A stretch of DNA of 35,274 nt from Chiloscyllium plagiosum. Lineage: Eukaryota. Made by a program: the position numbers and the translations under genes. The stretch lies in contig NC_057749.1 of assembly GCF_004010195.1 (NCBI RefSeq), positions 21,352,422 to 21,387,695 of the forward strand, written 5' to 3'. Below are positions 10,260-22,400 of the stretch, piece by piece; the first letter of the stretch is position 1; every line of letters starts with the position of its first letter. Below the pieces are notes generated by a model, which saw only the letters and a list, made by a program, of their open reading frames with translations, searched no databases and was not told the origin of the DNA.

Positions 10260-10586
10260 AAAAATCACACAACACCAGGTTATAGTCCAACAGGTTTAAT
10301 TGGAAGCACCAGCTTTCAGAGCGCTGCTCCTTCATCAGGTGGTTGATTATTAAGTCTCTCATCTCTCAACAGACAATCAAGGTATCTTTCAATGTATAAT
10401 TTCAGTTACATCACACTGTAAACGTTTGCTATAAATTCTGTGTCTTACAATCATGTACTCCACAACCACCTGATGAAGGAGCGTCGCTCCGAAAGCTAGT
10501 GCTTCTAATTAAACCTGTTGGACTATAACCTGGTGTTGTGTGATTTTTAACTTTGTACACCCCAGTCCAACACTGGCCTCTCCAAA
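10260..10586. mobile_element. PLE insertion with inverted 5' pLTR and 12 bp TSD
   Basis: 10261-10345 is the reverse complement of about 10463-10547. TSD tacaagaatgtt at 10248-10259 / 10587-10598. Confidence 0.9.
10467..10501 (+). ncRNA. Minimal type I hammerhead ribozyme
   Basis: cac-ctgatga-a-ggagc(gtc)gctcc-gaaa-gcta-gtg: helix I CAC/GTG, 5 bp stem II, AGCT palindrome, UA cleavage site. Confidence 0.75.
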
Positions 10587-11968
10587 TACAAGAATGTTGC
10601 CAGGGTTGGAGGATTTGAGCTATAGAGTGAGGCTGATTAGGCTGGGGCTGTTGTCCCTGGAGCATCAGAGGCTGAGGGGTGACCTTATAGAGGTTTATAA
10701 AATCATGAGGGGGCATGGATAGGATAAATAGACAAAGCCATTTCCCTGAGGTGGGGGAATCCAGGACTAGAGGGCATAGGTTTAGGGTGAGAGGGGAAAG
10801 ATTTAAAAGAGACTTAAGGGACAATATTTTCAGAGGGTGGTGCGTGTATGGAATGAACTGCCAGAGGAACTGGTGGAGGCTGGTATAATGACAATATTTA
10901 AAAGGCATCTGGATGGGTATATGAATAGGGTTTAGAGGGATATGGGCCAAGTGCTGGCAAATGGGACTAGATTTATTTAGAATATCTGGTCAGCACGAAT
11001 GAGTTGGACCGAAGGGTCTGTTTCCATGCTGTACCTCTCTATGACTCTGTGACAGCTGAGAGACTTTTAATTTGAGGGTAGGAATCGTGTGTGAAGAACT
11101 ATTGGGGCTATAGATGAGTTAGTGACCTGTGTAATTATACCAGAGTTTGCCAGGAAAGGATGGAACACGCAAACACAAGAATATGTCATCAGGTAAGTCC
11201 AGAGAGTATGTGATGATAAACTGACAGAGTTAAAGACGCTGTATCTGAATAAGTGTATCATTTGCAGCAAAGTGGACCAACTTTCAGTACAGAGCAAAAT
11301 AAATACATAGCTGATGGAGATCACCAAGTGATAGTAGCAGGGTGACCAATGCTGGTGTCTGAGTAATAAAGGTTATTTCACTTTTTATGAAGTTGGTAAA
11401 TTTAGGAAAACTGGTGGGTAGCTCTGTTTATTAAGGATGCCATCAGTACAGTAGTGACAGAAGATCTTAGTTTGAAAGAGCAAGATGTAGAATCAATTTG
11501 GGTAGAGATAAGAAATAAGTTTGATGTTGGTTGTGGAAGGTCTTTATAGTTCCTTTCTCAAACAGTTGTTAAACTATAGCACAGAGCATAATTAGATTAT
11601 GGTCAGAATATACATTTCAAATTAATTATTTATTTGGTGAGTCATATTGGTAAAGATAACTTGAAAATGAACTTATAGAGCAATAAAAATCCAGCTGTAA
11701 TTATGGATGACTATAATTTGCAGTTAGTTTGGGCAAATCGAATCAATGTCACAGAAAAGGAAATCCCAGAGTGCGTAAAAGATGATTTTCTGGATCAGTA
11801 CATCGCAGAACCAGTGAAGAGGCCATCATTGAGTGGGTATCGTGGAATAAGAACCTTTGGCAATCCAGCTGTGCGAACCCCTGTGGGGAGGAGTGACCAT
11901 ATTATGGCAGACCTCTTCATTAAAATGGAGCTGATTTTGAGACTAGGGTCCTGAATCCAAATAAAGAA

Positions 11969-12186
11969 CAGTTGATTCTGATATGGTGTGTTAGTTCCAT
12001 TCTCGTACAATCTCACCTTATAAGAAATCATGCAATAGCCAAGTCGGTTAAACTAATGGGGCCAGAATCGCGTTATAGCCAAGACAGGTAAGGAAAGTTT
12101 GCATTCTACAAATAACAGTCTAAATTCTTCAATCGCGTTAAGGCTGATTTGCATTGAAGAAACACACGTTATAGCAGAGATGTCTG
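11969..12186. mobile_element. Possible Tc1/pogo (Tigger-like) MITE
   Basis: Imperfect TIRs (acagttgattctgatat ... atagcagagatgtctgta), TA at the right flank, and interruption of CR1 homology. Confidence 0.4.
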
Positions 12187-12281
12187 TATGAGGCATGAGC
12201 TGGTTTTGGTAGATTGGGGAACGGTGATGGCAGATAAGACAATGGCAATTGAAAGAGTAAATGGAGGAACTGCAACTATTG

Positions 12282-12890
12282 TTTCAACACACTGCTATGT
12301 TCCCATGTCAACATTTCTGGCTCAGGCCTTCTGCAGTTCTCCAGTCAGGCTCAACACAAGCAGGAGCAGCACTTCATCTTACACTCTGGGATCCTACAGC
12401 CTTCATGGCCCAACATCGAGTTTAACAATTTTATGACATGGATACCTCCCTCTTTATCTATTAACCCCCACCTCCCAAACCCCAGGTCACTCTATAAAAT
12501 AGGTTGTTTTCACCAGAGCCAACCCTTCGCTAACTCCTCATAGCCCCGAGTCCCACCATCCAACCCTTCGCTAACTCCTCATAGCCCCGAGTCCCACCAT
12601 CCAGCTTCTCTTTTTCCCTGGCTTATTATCAACAATCAATTTGTCTTCCTGCCCTTTCCTTTCGCTGGAATTCCTCTCCACCTATCATTCACTCCTTCAG
12701 CCAAAGCACAAGCACCACCCTGCCATCAGCACAAATGCTATTTGTACTGAGATGCTGTCAGTTCTGAAGAAGGCCCACTGTATTCAGCACATTAACTCTG
12801 TTTTCTCTCCGCAGATGCTGCCAGACCTGCTGTGTCTGGGGCTTTTTTTTTGTTTCCGATTTCTAGCATCCGTAATTCTTTGTTGTAAAT
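12282..12890 (+). mobile_element. PLE 3' fragment inside CR1; contains a tandem duplication of about 40 bp (12520-12603)
   Basis: FNTLLCSHVNISGSGLLQFSSQAQHKQEQHFILHSGILQPSWPNIEFNNF is homologous to the ORF at 37..282. Degenerate hammerhead at about 12764. Confidence 0.7.
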
Positions 12891-13305
12891 TATTTGTTCA
12901 GTCTTGCCTGGTCCAAAAAATAAAAAGAGGAAAGGAGGCCCAACCATTGGCTAACAAGGGAAATAAAGGGTCATACTGGATTCGAGAAAGTGGGATGCAC
13001 ACTGGCCAAAAAAAGCAGCAGACCTGAGGATTGGGAACAAAAGAGGGCAACGGGATTACTTATGAAGGAGAAAACAGAATGGAAGAGTAAGCTTGTGAGG
13101 AATATAGAAACTGACTGTAAAAGCTTCTCGTGAAGAGATAAAGATTACTGTAAACAAATGTAGGTCCCTTACAGTCGGAAACAGGGACAGTTATAATGGG
13201 AATAAAGAGATGGCAAACTAATTAATATTTGCAACAAAGGTAAATCAGACTGATTCCTGGGATGTAAGAAGAGAAACTGATTCAGTTAGGACTGTATTCA
13301 CTGGA

Positions 13306-13488
13306 CGAAAGTGAGGCCTGCAGATGTTGGAGATCAGAGTCAAGATTAGAGTGGTGCTGGAAAAGCACAGCAGGTCAGGCAGCACCCGAGGGGCAGGAAC
13401 ATCGATGTTTCAGGCAGGAGACCCTCAGTCCTGATGCTGCTTGGATACTGCCTGACCTGCTGTGCTTTTCCAGCACCTCTCTAATCTT
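13306..13488. mobile_element. Short fold-back PLE-derived insertion with 16 bp TSD
   Basis: TSD gactgtattcactgga at 13290-13305 / 13489-13504; inverted arms of the same family as 4427-4631. Confidence 0.85.
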
Positions 13489-13879
13489 GACTGTATTCAC
13501 TGGAGTTTAGAAGAGAGGAATGATCTAGAAACCCATAAAAAAAGATCTGACGGGATTAAAGAGGGTCAATGCAGGAAGGATGTTCCTGATGCTGGGGGAG
13601 CCCAGAACCAGGGATATGAGGACTGAGGTAAGACTGGCCTTCACCCAGAGAGTGGGGAGCCTGTGGAATTCTCTGCCACTGAAGGCGGTTGAGGCAAAAA
13701 CATTGAATATTTTCAAGGTGTTTGATTTAGTTCTTCGGGCTAAAGGGATCAAAGGGTATGGGGAGAAAACAGGGGCTAGGTGCTGAGTTGGATGATCAGC
13801 CATGATGGTCTTGAATGATGGAATGAACTTGAAGGGCTGAATGGCCCGCTCTTGCTCCTATTTCCTGTGTTTCTCTGTC

Positions 13880-14805
13880 GGCAGGACAACTTCTAAGAGC
13901 AGCACCATCTACTGCCAACTAGGGAGCAAGTTATTTTGGATCTGGTAATGAGCCAAGAGGCAGGATTAATCAACAAGCTCATGGCAAATTAGGTGACAGT
14001 GATCATAACATGATAGAATTTCTCTGTCACCTTGTTGGGAAGAGGTGCGGGACTGACACTGGTTTTTAAAAATTGAGGAAAGGTACTTCTTAGGGTATGA
14101 AGGTTAAGCTAGCTAAAACAAGCAGGAAAACCAGGTTCAAAGTTGGAACAGTGGAGAGGCAATAGCTGAGTTTTAAGGATATATTTAATAATTCTGAACA
14201 AAGATTTGTAGCAGTCTGAAGGGAAGACCCTTTGAGAAGCAAGCATCACGCAGAACTAAATAAAGAAGTTAAGAAGAATACCAGGTTGAAAGAAATATTG
14301 TGCAGTGGTAGATTAGAAGATTGATCAGATTAAAAACAAACAGCAAAGATGAACTAAAAACAAATTAGGGCCACCAGTAGAACATGAGAGAAGGCTAGAT
14401 AATCATATTAAATCCGATTGCAAGAGTTTCTACAAGTAATGACAGAGGGAAAGGGTAACTAAACCCGATGAAGTGTCCCTGGACCCAAAATGTTCTCTCT
14501 TCATAGATGCTGCCAGACCTGCTGAATTTCTGTTTTTTGTAACTAATTCTAATATTGATCCTCTTGAGAATGAGACTGGTAAATTCTTGAAGGAAAACGA
14601 GGACTTGGCAAAGGTGTTGGATAGATATTTTGTGTCTGTGTTTACTATTGGAAAACTTTCAAAAGACACTTGATAATCAAGAGGTGAAAAGGACAGAGGC
14701 ATTGAACAAATTACCATCGCCATCGTCAGGAAATCCATGAGACCTAAAGGCTGCATCTTGGGGTCTGACTAGAAATGGCTGTAGTGATAGGAGAGGAAAT
14801 GGTCA
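13880..14805 (+). mobile_element. Highly degenerate CR1 ORF2 fragment with a small PLE end at about 14460-14540
   Basis: GDSDHNMIEF-like motif; PLENETG...AKVLDRYFVSVFT. Confidence 0.65.
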
Positions 14806-14807
14806 TT

Positions 14808-15173
14808 ATTAGATTAGATTCCCTACAGTGTGGAAACAGGCCCTTCGGCCCACACCGACCCTCCGAAGAGTAACTCACCCAGACGCATTTCCCTCTGACT
14901 AATGCACCGAACACTATCGGCAATTTAGCTTGGCCAATTCACCTGGCCTGCACATCTTTGGACTATAGGAGGAAACTGGAGCACACGGAGGAAACCCGCG
15001 TAGACATGGGGAGAATGCGTAAACTCCACACAGTGGCCCGAGGCAGGAATTGAACCCGTGTCCCTGGTGCTGTGAGGCAGCAGAGCTAACCACTGAGCCA
15101 CCGTGCCTGTCTGTGTTGAGTTTACACTTTCTCCCTGTGTCTGCGTGGATTTCCTCCCACAGTCCAAAGATGT
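14808..15173 (-). mobile_element. HE1 SINE plus a short inverted V-domain fragment (15107-15173)
   Basis: HE1 head, core and tail on the minus strand, followed by a plus-strand core piece. Confidence 0.85.
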
Positions 15174-15174
15174 T

Positions 15175-17792
15175 TCAATAAGAAAAGGGATTAAGATGAT
15201 TCAGTAAGAACAGAGAAAATGGTAAAAGAGGGGGAAGTGTGGAATTGTTTATCAACAATAGTACTACAGCAGCTGAGTTAACGTTTGAGGACTCATCCAC
15301 TGAGGTAGTTTGGGCTGAGGTTAGAAACAGGAAAGGAAAGGAGAGGTCACACTGTTGGGAGTTTTCTATCGGCCTCCGAACAGTTCCAGGGATGTAGAGG
15401 AAAAGATAGCAAAGATGATTCTCGATAGGAATGAGAGTAACAGAGTAGTTGAAATGGGGGCCTTTAACTTCCCCAATATTGACTAGGAATGCTATAGTTC
15501 AAGTAGTTTAGATGGGTCAGTTTTTGTTCAATGTGTGCAGGAGGGTTTTCGGACACAGTATGTATACAGGCCAACAAGGGGCGACGCCATATTGGATCTG
15601 GTACTGGGGAATGAACCTGGCCAGGCATTAGATTTAGAAGTAGGTGAGCACTTTGGTTATGTTTACAATAGCAATGGGCAGGGATAGGTATATACCGCAG
15701 GGAAAGAGATATAACTGGGGGATAGGCAATTATGATGCAATTAGGCAAGATTTAGGATGCATAGGATGGGGAAGGAAACTGCAGGGGATGGACACTCTTG
15801 AAATGTAGAGCTTATTCAAGAAACAGCTACTGTGGGTCCTTGATAAGTATATACCTATCAGGCAGGGAGGTAGTTGTTGAGAAAGGGAGTGATGGTTGAC
15901 TAAAGAAGTTGAAGCTCTTGTCAAGAGGAAGAAGAAGGCTTCTGTGAGCGTGAAGGCTCAATTAGGGGACTTGAGAGTTACAAGTTAGCCAGAAAAGATC
16001 GAAAGAGAGGGCTAAGAAGAGCCAGGAAGGGACAATGAGAAGTTGTTGGCGGATAGGATCAAGGAAACCTCTAAGGCTTTCTATCAGTACATCAGGAAGA
16101 AAATAATGACTGGAGTAAGATTAGGGCCAATCAAAGATAGTAGTGGAAAGATGTGTGTGGAATCTGAGGACATAAGGGAAGCGCTTAATGAATACTTTTC
16201 GTCAGTATTCACATTGGAAAAGGGCAATGTTAGTGAAAATACGGTGATACAGGCTAAAGATTAGATAGAATTGCGGTTGACAAAGAGGAGGTTTTAGCAA
16301 TTTTAGATGATCTGAAAATAGATAAGACCCTTGGGCCGGATGGGAGTGCTCCTCAGATTCTCTGGGAAGCCAGGGAGGTGATTGCAGAGCCTTTGGCTTT
16401 GATCTTTATGTAATTGTTGTCGACAGGAATAATGCCAGAAGACTGGACGATAGTCAGGACAATCTTGGTAATTATAGGCCAGTGAGCCTTACTTTGGTTG
16501 GGAGTAAGGTTTAGGCAAAGGTTATAAGAGATAGGATTTATAATCATCTGGAAAGGAATAATTTGATAGTCAACACAGTTTTGTGAAGGGTAGGTCGTGC
16601 CTCACAAGCCTCATTGAGTTCTTTGAGAAGGTCACAAAATAGGTGGATGAAGGTAAAGCAGTTGATGTGGTGTATATGGACTTCAGTAAGGTGTTGGATA
16701 AGTTTCCACATGGTAGGCTATTACACAAAATATGGAGTTTCGGGATTGAAGGTGAGTTAGCGATTTGGATCAGAAATTGGCTAGCTGAAAGAAGACAGAG
16801 GGCGGTAGTTGATGGGAAATGTTCATCCTGGAGCTCAGTTACCAGTGGTGTACCGCAAGGATCTGTTTTGGGGCCACTGCTGTTTGTCATTTTTATAAAT
16901 GATCTGGAGGTGGGCATGGAAGGATGGGTTAGTAAATTTGCTTAAGACAGTAAAATCAACAGAGTTGGGGATAGTGCCAAAGGATGTTGTGGGTTACAGA
17001 GGAGCGTAGGTAAGATGCAGAACTGGGCGGAGAAATGGCAAATGGAGTTTAATGCAGAAAAGTGTGAGGTAGTTCACTTCAGAAGAAATAACAGAGTGCA
17101 GAATACTGGGCTAATGGTAAAATTCTTGACAGTGTTGATGAAAAGAGAGATCTTGGTGTCCAGGTGCATAAATCCCTGAAAGTTGCCAACCAAGCTGATA
17201 GGGTTGTTAAGAAGGCATATGGTGTGTTGGCGTTTATTGGTTAGGGGGATTGAGTTTTGGAGCCACGAGGTCATGCTTCAGCTGTACAAGACACTGGTAA
17301 GGCCACACCTGGAGTATTGCGTGCAGTTCTGGTCACCGCATTATAGGAAGGATGTGGAAGCTTTGGAAAGGGTTCAGAGGAGATTGACTGGGATGTTGCC
17401 TGGTATGGAGGGATGGTCTTACGATGAAAGGCTGAGGGAACTGAGGCTGTTTTCGTTGGAGAGAAGAAGGTTGAGAGGTGACTTAAATCAAAACGTATAA
17501 GATAATCAGATGGTGAAGGCTAACACGAAGGGACACAGCTTTAAATTGAGGGGTGATAGATTTAGGTCAGATATCAGGGGTAGTTTCTTTACTCAGAGAG
17601 TGGTAGGGGCGTAGAACTGCTTGCCACAACAGTCGTTGACTCGCCAGCATTAAGGGCATTTAAATGGTCATTGGACAATCATATGGATAATAATGGAATG
17701 ATGTAGGTTAGATGGGCATCAGATTAACTTCACAGAGTGGTGCAACATTGAGGCTGTACTGCGCTGTAACGTTCTATGTTCTATGTTCTATG
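15175..17792 (+). mobile_element. CR1/HER1 LINE ORF2 (APE C-terminus, RT, 3' UTR), frameshifted
   Basis: [52 protein letters not shown]; tail of gttctat repeats. Confidence 0.95.
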
Positions 17793-17955
17793 TGCAGGTC
17801 AGGGTGAATTGGCCATGCTAAATTGCCCAGAGTGTTCAGGGATATGCAGGCTAGATGAATCAGCCATGGCAAATACAGAGTTACAGGGATGGGTAGAATG
17901 CTGTTTGGAGGGTCAGTATGAACTCGATGGCCAAATGGCCTGCTTCCAGACCAGA
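17793..17955 (+). mobile_element. 5'-truncated HE1 SINE
   Basis: gtgcaggtcagggtgaattggccatgctaaattgccc core and tail. Confidence 0.75.
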
Positions 17956-17960
17956 TGAAT

Positions 17961-18590
17961 TTGGTGATTTGCATGGAGAGGCTCGGTGACCTGGGGCAGA
18001 TAGCAGACTGTAAGATGTTTCACTATCCCCTCAGCATCAAGCCAGATGTGACAGGGTTTACCACCACAGACACCTTCACAACCACTGGCAATGCCATCCT
18101 TGATTACAGCTACCCCCAGAATCGGGGAGGAGGTTGGTCCCTTGCCACCTTCACGATGTTGGTCCCTCTGAGAGCTCATCCCTCTCTTGTGGCCTCGCTC
18201 CTGGTCTTGTTGTGTCTGATGCCTGGATGTCAGGAGAACTGTCCTTCAGCCCCTGTAACACAGCCCTGTGTCGACTATTACGGCTGCACAGAACTGTAGA
18301 ACACACCAAATGCTTCACCAGTGATAGCATCAGCTGCTCAAAATCAATCAGCTCAAAACTAACGGCCCCTTTAACCCTCACAGTGATCTGTCTAACTGGT
18401 AAGTGGGTGTTAGCTGGTGCATTCAGCTCCAGGACCGAGGCCATGAATGAGTGACAAGCTCCCACAGGGACTGTCATAGTTAAGGTGTTCACCCAGGGAT
18501 ACAACGATTGACACCATCATTTGTCTGTTCAGTATGATTCCATCAGTCGGTCACTGTATGTATACCGAACATTTTAATGGCTTTGGTTTC
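17961..18590 (-). pseudogene. Penton-like minor capsid protein, N-terminal/middle part
   Basis: LTMTVPVGACHSFMASVLELNA (cf. IxIPxGxYxSxxxLxxxLN) and, after a frameshift, GIVKHLTVCYLPQVTEPLHANHQ (cf. xxxVYCDLVEPxxVG). The 5' end abuts a PLE end at 18591. Confidence 0.55.
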
Positions 18591-18690
18591 TCATTCCTGA
18601 AGAAGGGCCTGTGCCCGAAACGTCGAATCTCCTGTTCCCTGGATGCTGCCTGACCTGCTGTGCTGTTCCAGCAATAAAGTTTCAACTTCT
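18591..18690 (+). mobile_element. PLE end fragment
   Basis: Near-identical to about 220-303. Confidence 0.8.
18593..18628 (+). ncRNA. Minimal type I hammerhead ribozyme
   Basis: attc-ctgaaga-a-gggc(ctgt)gccc-gaaa-cgtc-gaat: helix I ATTC/GAAT, GUC cleavage triplet. Confidence 0.75.
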
Positions 18691-18694
18691 GTCA

Positions 18695-18875
18695 TAACAT
18701 GCACTACAACTATCCACATTCACAGCTATCCATATTCAGAGCTATCTGCATTCACAACTACCCACATTCACAGCTGTCCGTATGCAAAGTTAACCACATT
18801 TGGTTATCCATATTCAGAGCTACCTGCATTCACAACTACCTGCGTTCTCAGCTATCTGTATTCACAGCTATCTTC
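18695..18875. repeat. Degenerate minisatellite, about 15 bp unit (cattcacagctatcc)
   Basis: Recurrent attcacaRcta / attcagagcta at about 15 bp spacing. Confidence 0.75.
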
Positions 18876-18899
18876 ATCACAGGAAACTGCATTTTCATT

Positions 18900-19264
18900 G
18901 GAATTAGGAGCAGAATTATCCCATTTGGCCCATTGAGCGTAATGCACTTTTCAATAATATTTTGGCTTTCCTGAGGGTTTTCATAATTCCATTGCCTGCC
19001 TGTACCCCATAAACTTTTGATTCCTTTGTTAATCAGAGCTCTGATCTAACTCTGCCTTCCATATATTTAATTAGTCTCTGGAAAAGAGAATTCCAAAATC
19101 CTATGACCCTCTCACGGAGAAATTCCTCCTCAGCTCCATCACAGATAGTCGACTCCACATTTTAACAATGGCCCTATTTTTGTCTGGCCTCATATAGTGA
19201 ACCATCCTCTCAGCATCCATCCTGTTAAAGCCCTTCCGAATCTTATCTGTATCAATAAGATCAC
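18900..19264 (-). mobile_element. Old CR1 3' fragment
   Basis: DLIDTDKIRKGFNRMDAERM...ELRRNFS on the minus strand. Confidence 0.7.
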
Positions 19265-19450
19265 TGAAATAATTGCACCAGTCTCCAGTCACTAAGTCAT
19301 CTTTTATTTACATGCGCACATTACCCTGGCTGTGACCAGCCAACTCGGAGTCAGTCCCTACATTCAGGAGACGGTCTGAATCTCCGGTTGAACCCTGTCA
19401 GCCAGGGCTCTGGATTGGCTCAGGTTAAGGATTTCAAAGGCAATAAGATC
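19265..19450 (-). mobile_element. Solo-LTR-like dispersed repeat (same family at 25042-25260, 26359-26500, 31334-31570)
   Basis: Shared tgaaataa...aagtca...tttatttaca...gcca...ctgattgg...ggttaa. The minus strand has AATAAA and ends in CA. Confidence 0.55.
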
Positions 19451-19457
19451 CCCTTTG

Positions 19458-22400
19458 TGTCACAAAACTGGTCTTTTCTTTTCCCTACAAACTATTTCCT
19501 GGCTCAAGGTTACTCCGTCCTTGATTTTTTTCAGAGGGGTAATAAGCCAGGCCGGGCTCCGATCAGACTGGTTTGGTACAGAAATGAAAAGGATTTTGAG
19601 AGGCCTTTTGCATATATGTAAACAGGTGAGACTTCAAGCAAAAGTGGTCACGTTTTAGAAGTGATCTGTATAATCAAAGGGGAGTGGTCGGCTCTCGAGC
19701 TGAGCTGAGCAGTTTAGTTCAGTCCGGAACTGGTTGGGAGTTGGACAGTGAACTGTATGGAAACTCTCTCTCTCTTTCTTCTAACTTCAACCTGTAAGCA
19801 TGTGTTCCATTTATACTGGTTTTTAAAGTGATTTGCTTATTGGGACTGTTGTGTATATTCGGAACAGCATAATTAAGTCTAGTTTGGTCAGACTGTGTTC
19901 TTGTGTGTTTCATTGTGTAGTTTTGGGAACAAATCTTTTGTCTATTTTAAACCTGATAGTCAACCTCTCTAACTTAATCTGGGTAATTTTCACCGCACAC
20001 TTAATGAAGGAAGTTACAAAGTTGTGGTCTGGGCTACCTGCTTAGGAATGTTTTGAGTGGTCTGGCCCAGCCCATAACAGATTGGGGGCTCTTTGCGGGA
20101 TTTTAAACAGTGAATGGTAGGTGCTTGTGTCTTTATTTCGGGTGTTGGTATGGGTGGGTAGACAAAGCTTGGAATAGTAATGGCTCTTTCAGTCGCCAAA
20201 GGTTTCCTGGATGTGGATGCAGTAACTTCAGATGTTTTACAACAAGTGAATAAGACCAAGCTGCAGGAATTAGCAGAGAAGCTGGAATTGGTCCTGCCTG
20301 CTTCTGTGAGGAAACGAGAGATAGTTACAGCAGTAGCTCAGCATTTACACTTGCTGGAGGAACCATCAGAATCTGTAGAGATGGCAAGAGGTCAATTGCA
20401 AATGAAGCAGCTTGAGTTAGAGGTGAGAGATAAGAGAGAGCAGCAGAACAGAGAGGGGAAAAGAGAGAGCAGCAGAAAGAAAAAAGCGAGAGCTTTTGAA
20501 CTTCAAAAACTGACACTTAAAAGGGAAGATCAGCTTAAAAGGCTGGAGATAAAGGCTGAGGGAAAGCTCAGTGAGGAAATAATGTGTACTCATGTAGAAG
20601 AGCAGACAGTTAAAACAGCAAGGTTAGCAGCTGACGTGACTGATGATTATGAGCTGGTCCATAAAACTCGGTTTGGCTTCCAAAATCAATTCCAATCCAA
20701 GAAGGATAGAAATTGGGGCAAAGAGAAATCCTCACGTGGAAAAGGGAAAGGTAGATCTCAGTGAAGATCATAAGGATAACTTACCAGAGGGTAAAAAAGA
20801 AACCCTTGAGGGGACAAAGAATTAAAAAGCTCAGGTGCTTTCATTGTAATAAAGTGGGCCACACGGAATCACAGTATTGGTGGGCTTAGAAGAAAGCCAG
20901 ATGTAGGAAAGCCAGACAAGCCCAGAAGTTTTGTTGGACTAGTAATAAAAAGAACAAGGGAAGTTAGACAACTGCCTCAGAGTGTACAAGATGATCAGCG
21001 GTTGATTAAGGAGGAAATGCCAGATCTGCTTAAAAAAATACATGCAAGGGTAAAGTTTATTCACATAGGCCAGGAGTAGTAGGTAAGGAGGTTACAATAT
21101 TAAGGGACACAGGATCCTCTCAGTCTGTAGTGCTGAAGGATGAGGAGAAATGTACTCCTGAGGGACTATTGCCAGAAAAGGTGCTGGTAACAGGAATTCA
21201 TGGTGAGACAAAAAGTGCTCAATTATGTAAAGTGAGACTAGATAGTCCAGAAAAGAGTGGAGAATTTGTGGTAGGAGTACTGGACAAACTCTCAGCTCCA
21301 GGAATACAGTTTGTCCTTGCAAATGATTCACTGGGAGGCATGCTGCCAACTCTAGTTGAAAAACAAGTGGAGACGCAGGCAACTGAAGACATGGAGAATG
21401 TTTATCCAGGAATTTCTCCTCATTGTGTGATCACAAGATTACTGAGGCATAAGCTGAAGCAGGAGATAAGGAAGCTAACATAGTGTTATCCGAGACCTTT
21501 TTTGATTAGATAAGTGGAACAGAGAAGGAGCAAATGGATAAACATGCAAATATCTTTAGCCCTGCTAAGCTGATTGAGTTACAGCAGAAAGGTAAGGAGT
21601 TAAAACAGTTATATCAACATGTATTTACAGAGAAGGAGAGTGAATGCATTCCTGTGTGTTATTACTTAGCGAATAATGGCTTAATGAGGAAATGGAAACC
21701 ATCACACATTCAAGCAGATGAGAAATGGGCAGAGATTCATCAAATTGTTTTGCCAGTAGGGTATAGAAAGGAGTTGCTGTGAGTAGCACATGAGCTACCA
21801 TTTGGAGGTCATTTAGGGGTGAGGAAAGTGTCAGTTTTTGAAATTCAAAACTCTTGCTAAAATACAAAGACATTTTTACTGGCCTGAACTACACAAAGAT
21901 GTGTCATACATGTCAGCTAATCGGAAAACCACAGGCAGTAATAAAGCTGGCACCTTTAATACCTATTCCAGCATTTGAGGAACCTTTCACAAGAGTCTTT
22001 ATTGATTGCGTAGGTCCCCCACCCCAACAAAAAGTGGGAATGAATATTTATTAACAATAATGGATGTGTCGACTAGATTTCCAGAGGCAATCCCATTACA
22101 CAACATGACAGCTAAAGGGATTGTAGAAGATTTACTTAAATCTTTTACTAGATACGGAATGCCAATGGATCAAGGATCAAACTTCACATCCAACTATTCA
22201 AAGAGGTTCTGGATAACTTGGGAATAAAGCAATTCAAATCTACTGCATGCCATCCAGAATCACAGGGAGCACTAGATAGATGGCATCAAACACTAAAGAG
22301 CATGTTAAGGGCTTATGGCCAGGATTATCCAGGTGATTGGGATAAGGGAATTCCATTTGTATATTTTGCGATCAGCGATGCACCAAATGAATCGACCAAA

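Larger units (their letters stand above)
9640..11050 (+). mobile_element. CR1/HER1 LINE 3' part hosting a SINE and a PLE insertion
   Basis: YTLNGKVL...; RMLPGLEDLSYRVRLIRLGLLSLEHQRLRGDLIEVYKIMRG; tail ctctatgactct. Confidence 0.9.
11060..13875 (+). mobile_element. Old CR1 LINE (APE endonuclease region joined by deletion to the 3' end) with nested inserts
   Basis: KTLYLNK...SKVDQL; MDDYNL...DFLDQYI...GRSDHIM (APE motifs); later AFTQRVGSLWNSLP. Confidence 0.75.

Noticed and set aside
4637..18590. Adomavirus rather than Polinton-like identity
   Set aside because: Adomaviruses share penton, hexon and adenain homologues but replicate with an SF3 helicase. The linked pPolB motifs favour a Polinton/adintovirus-like element.
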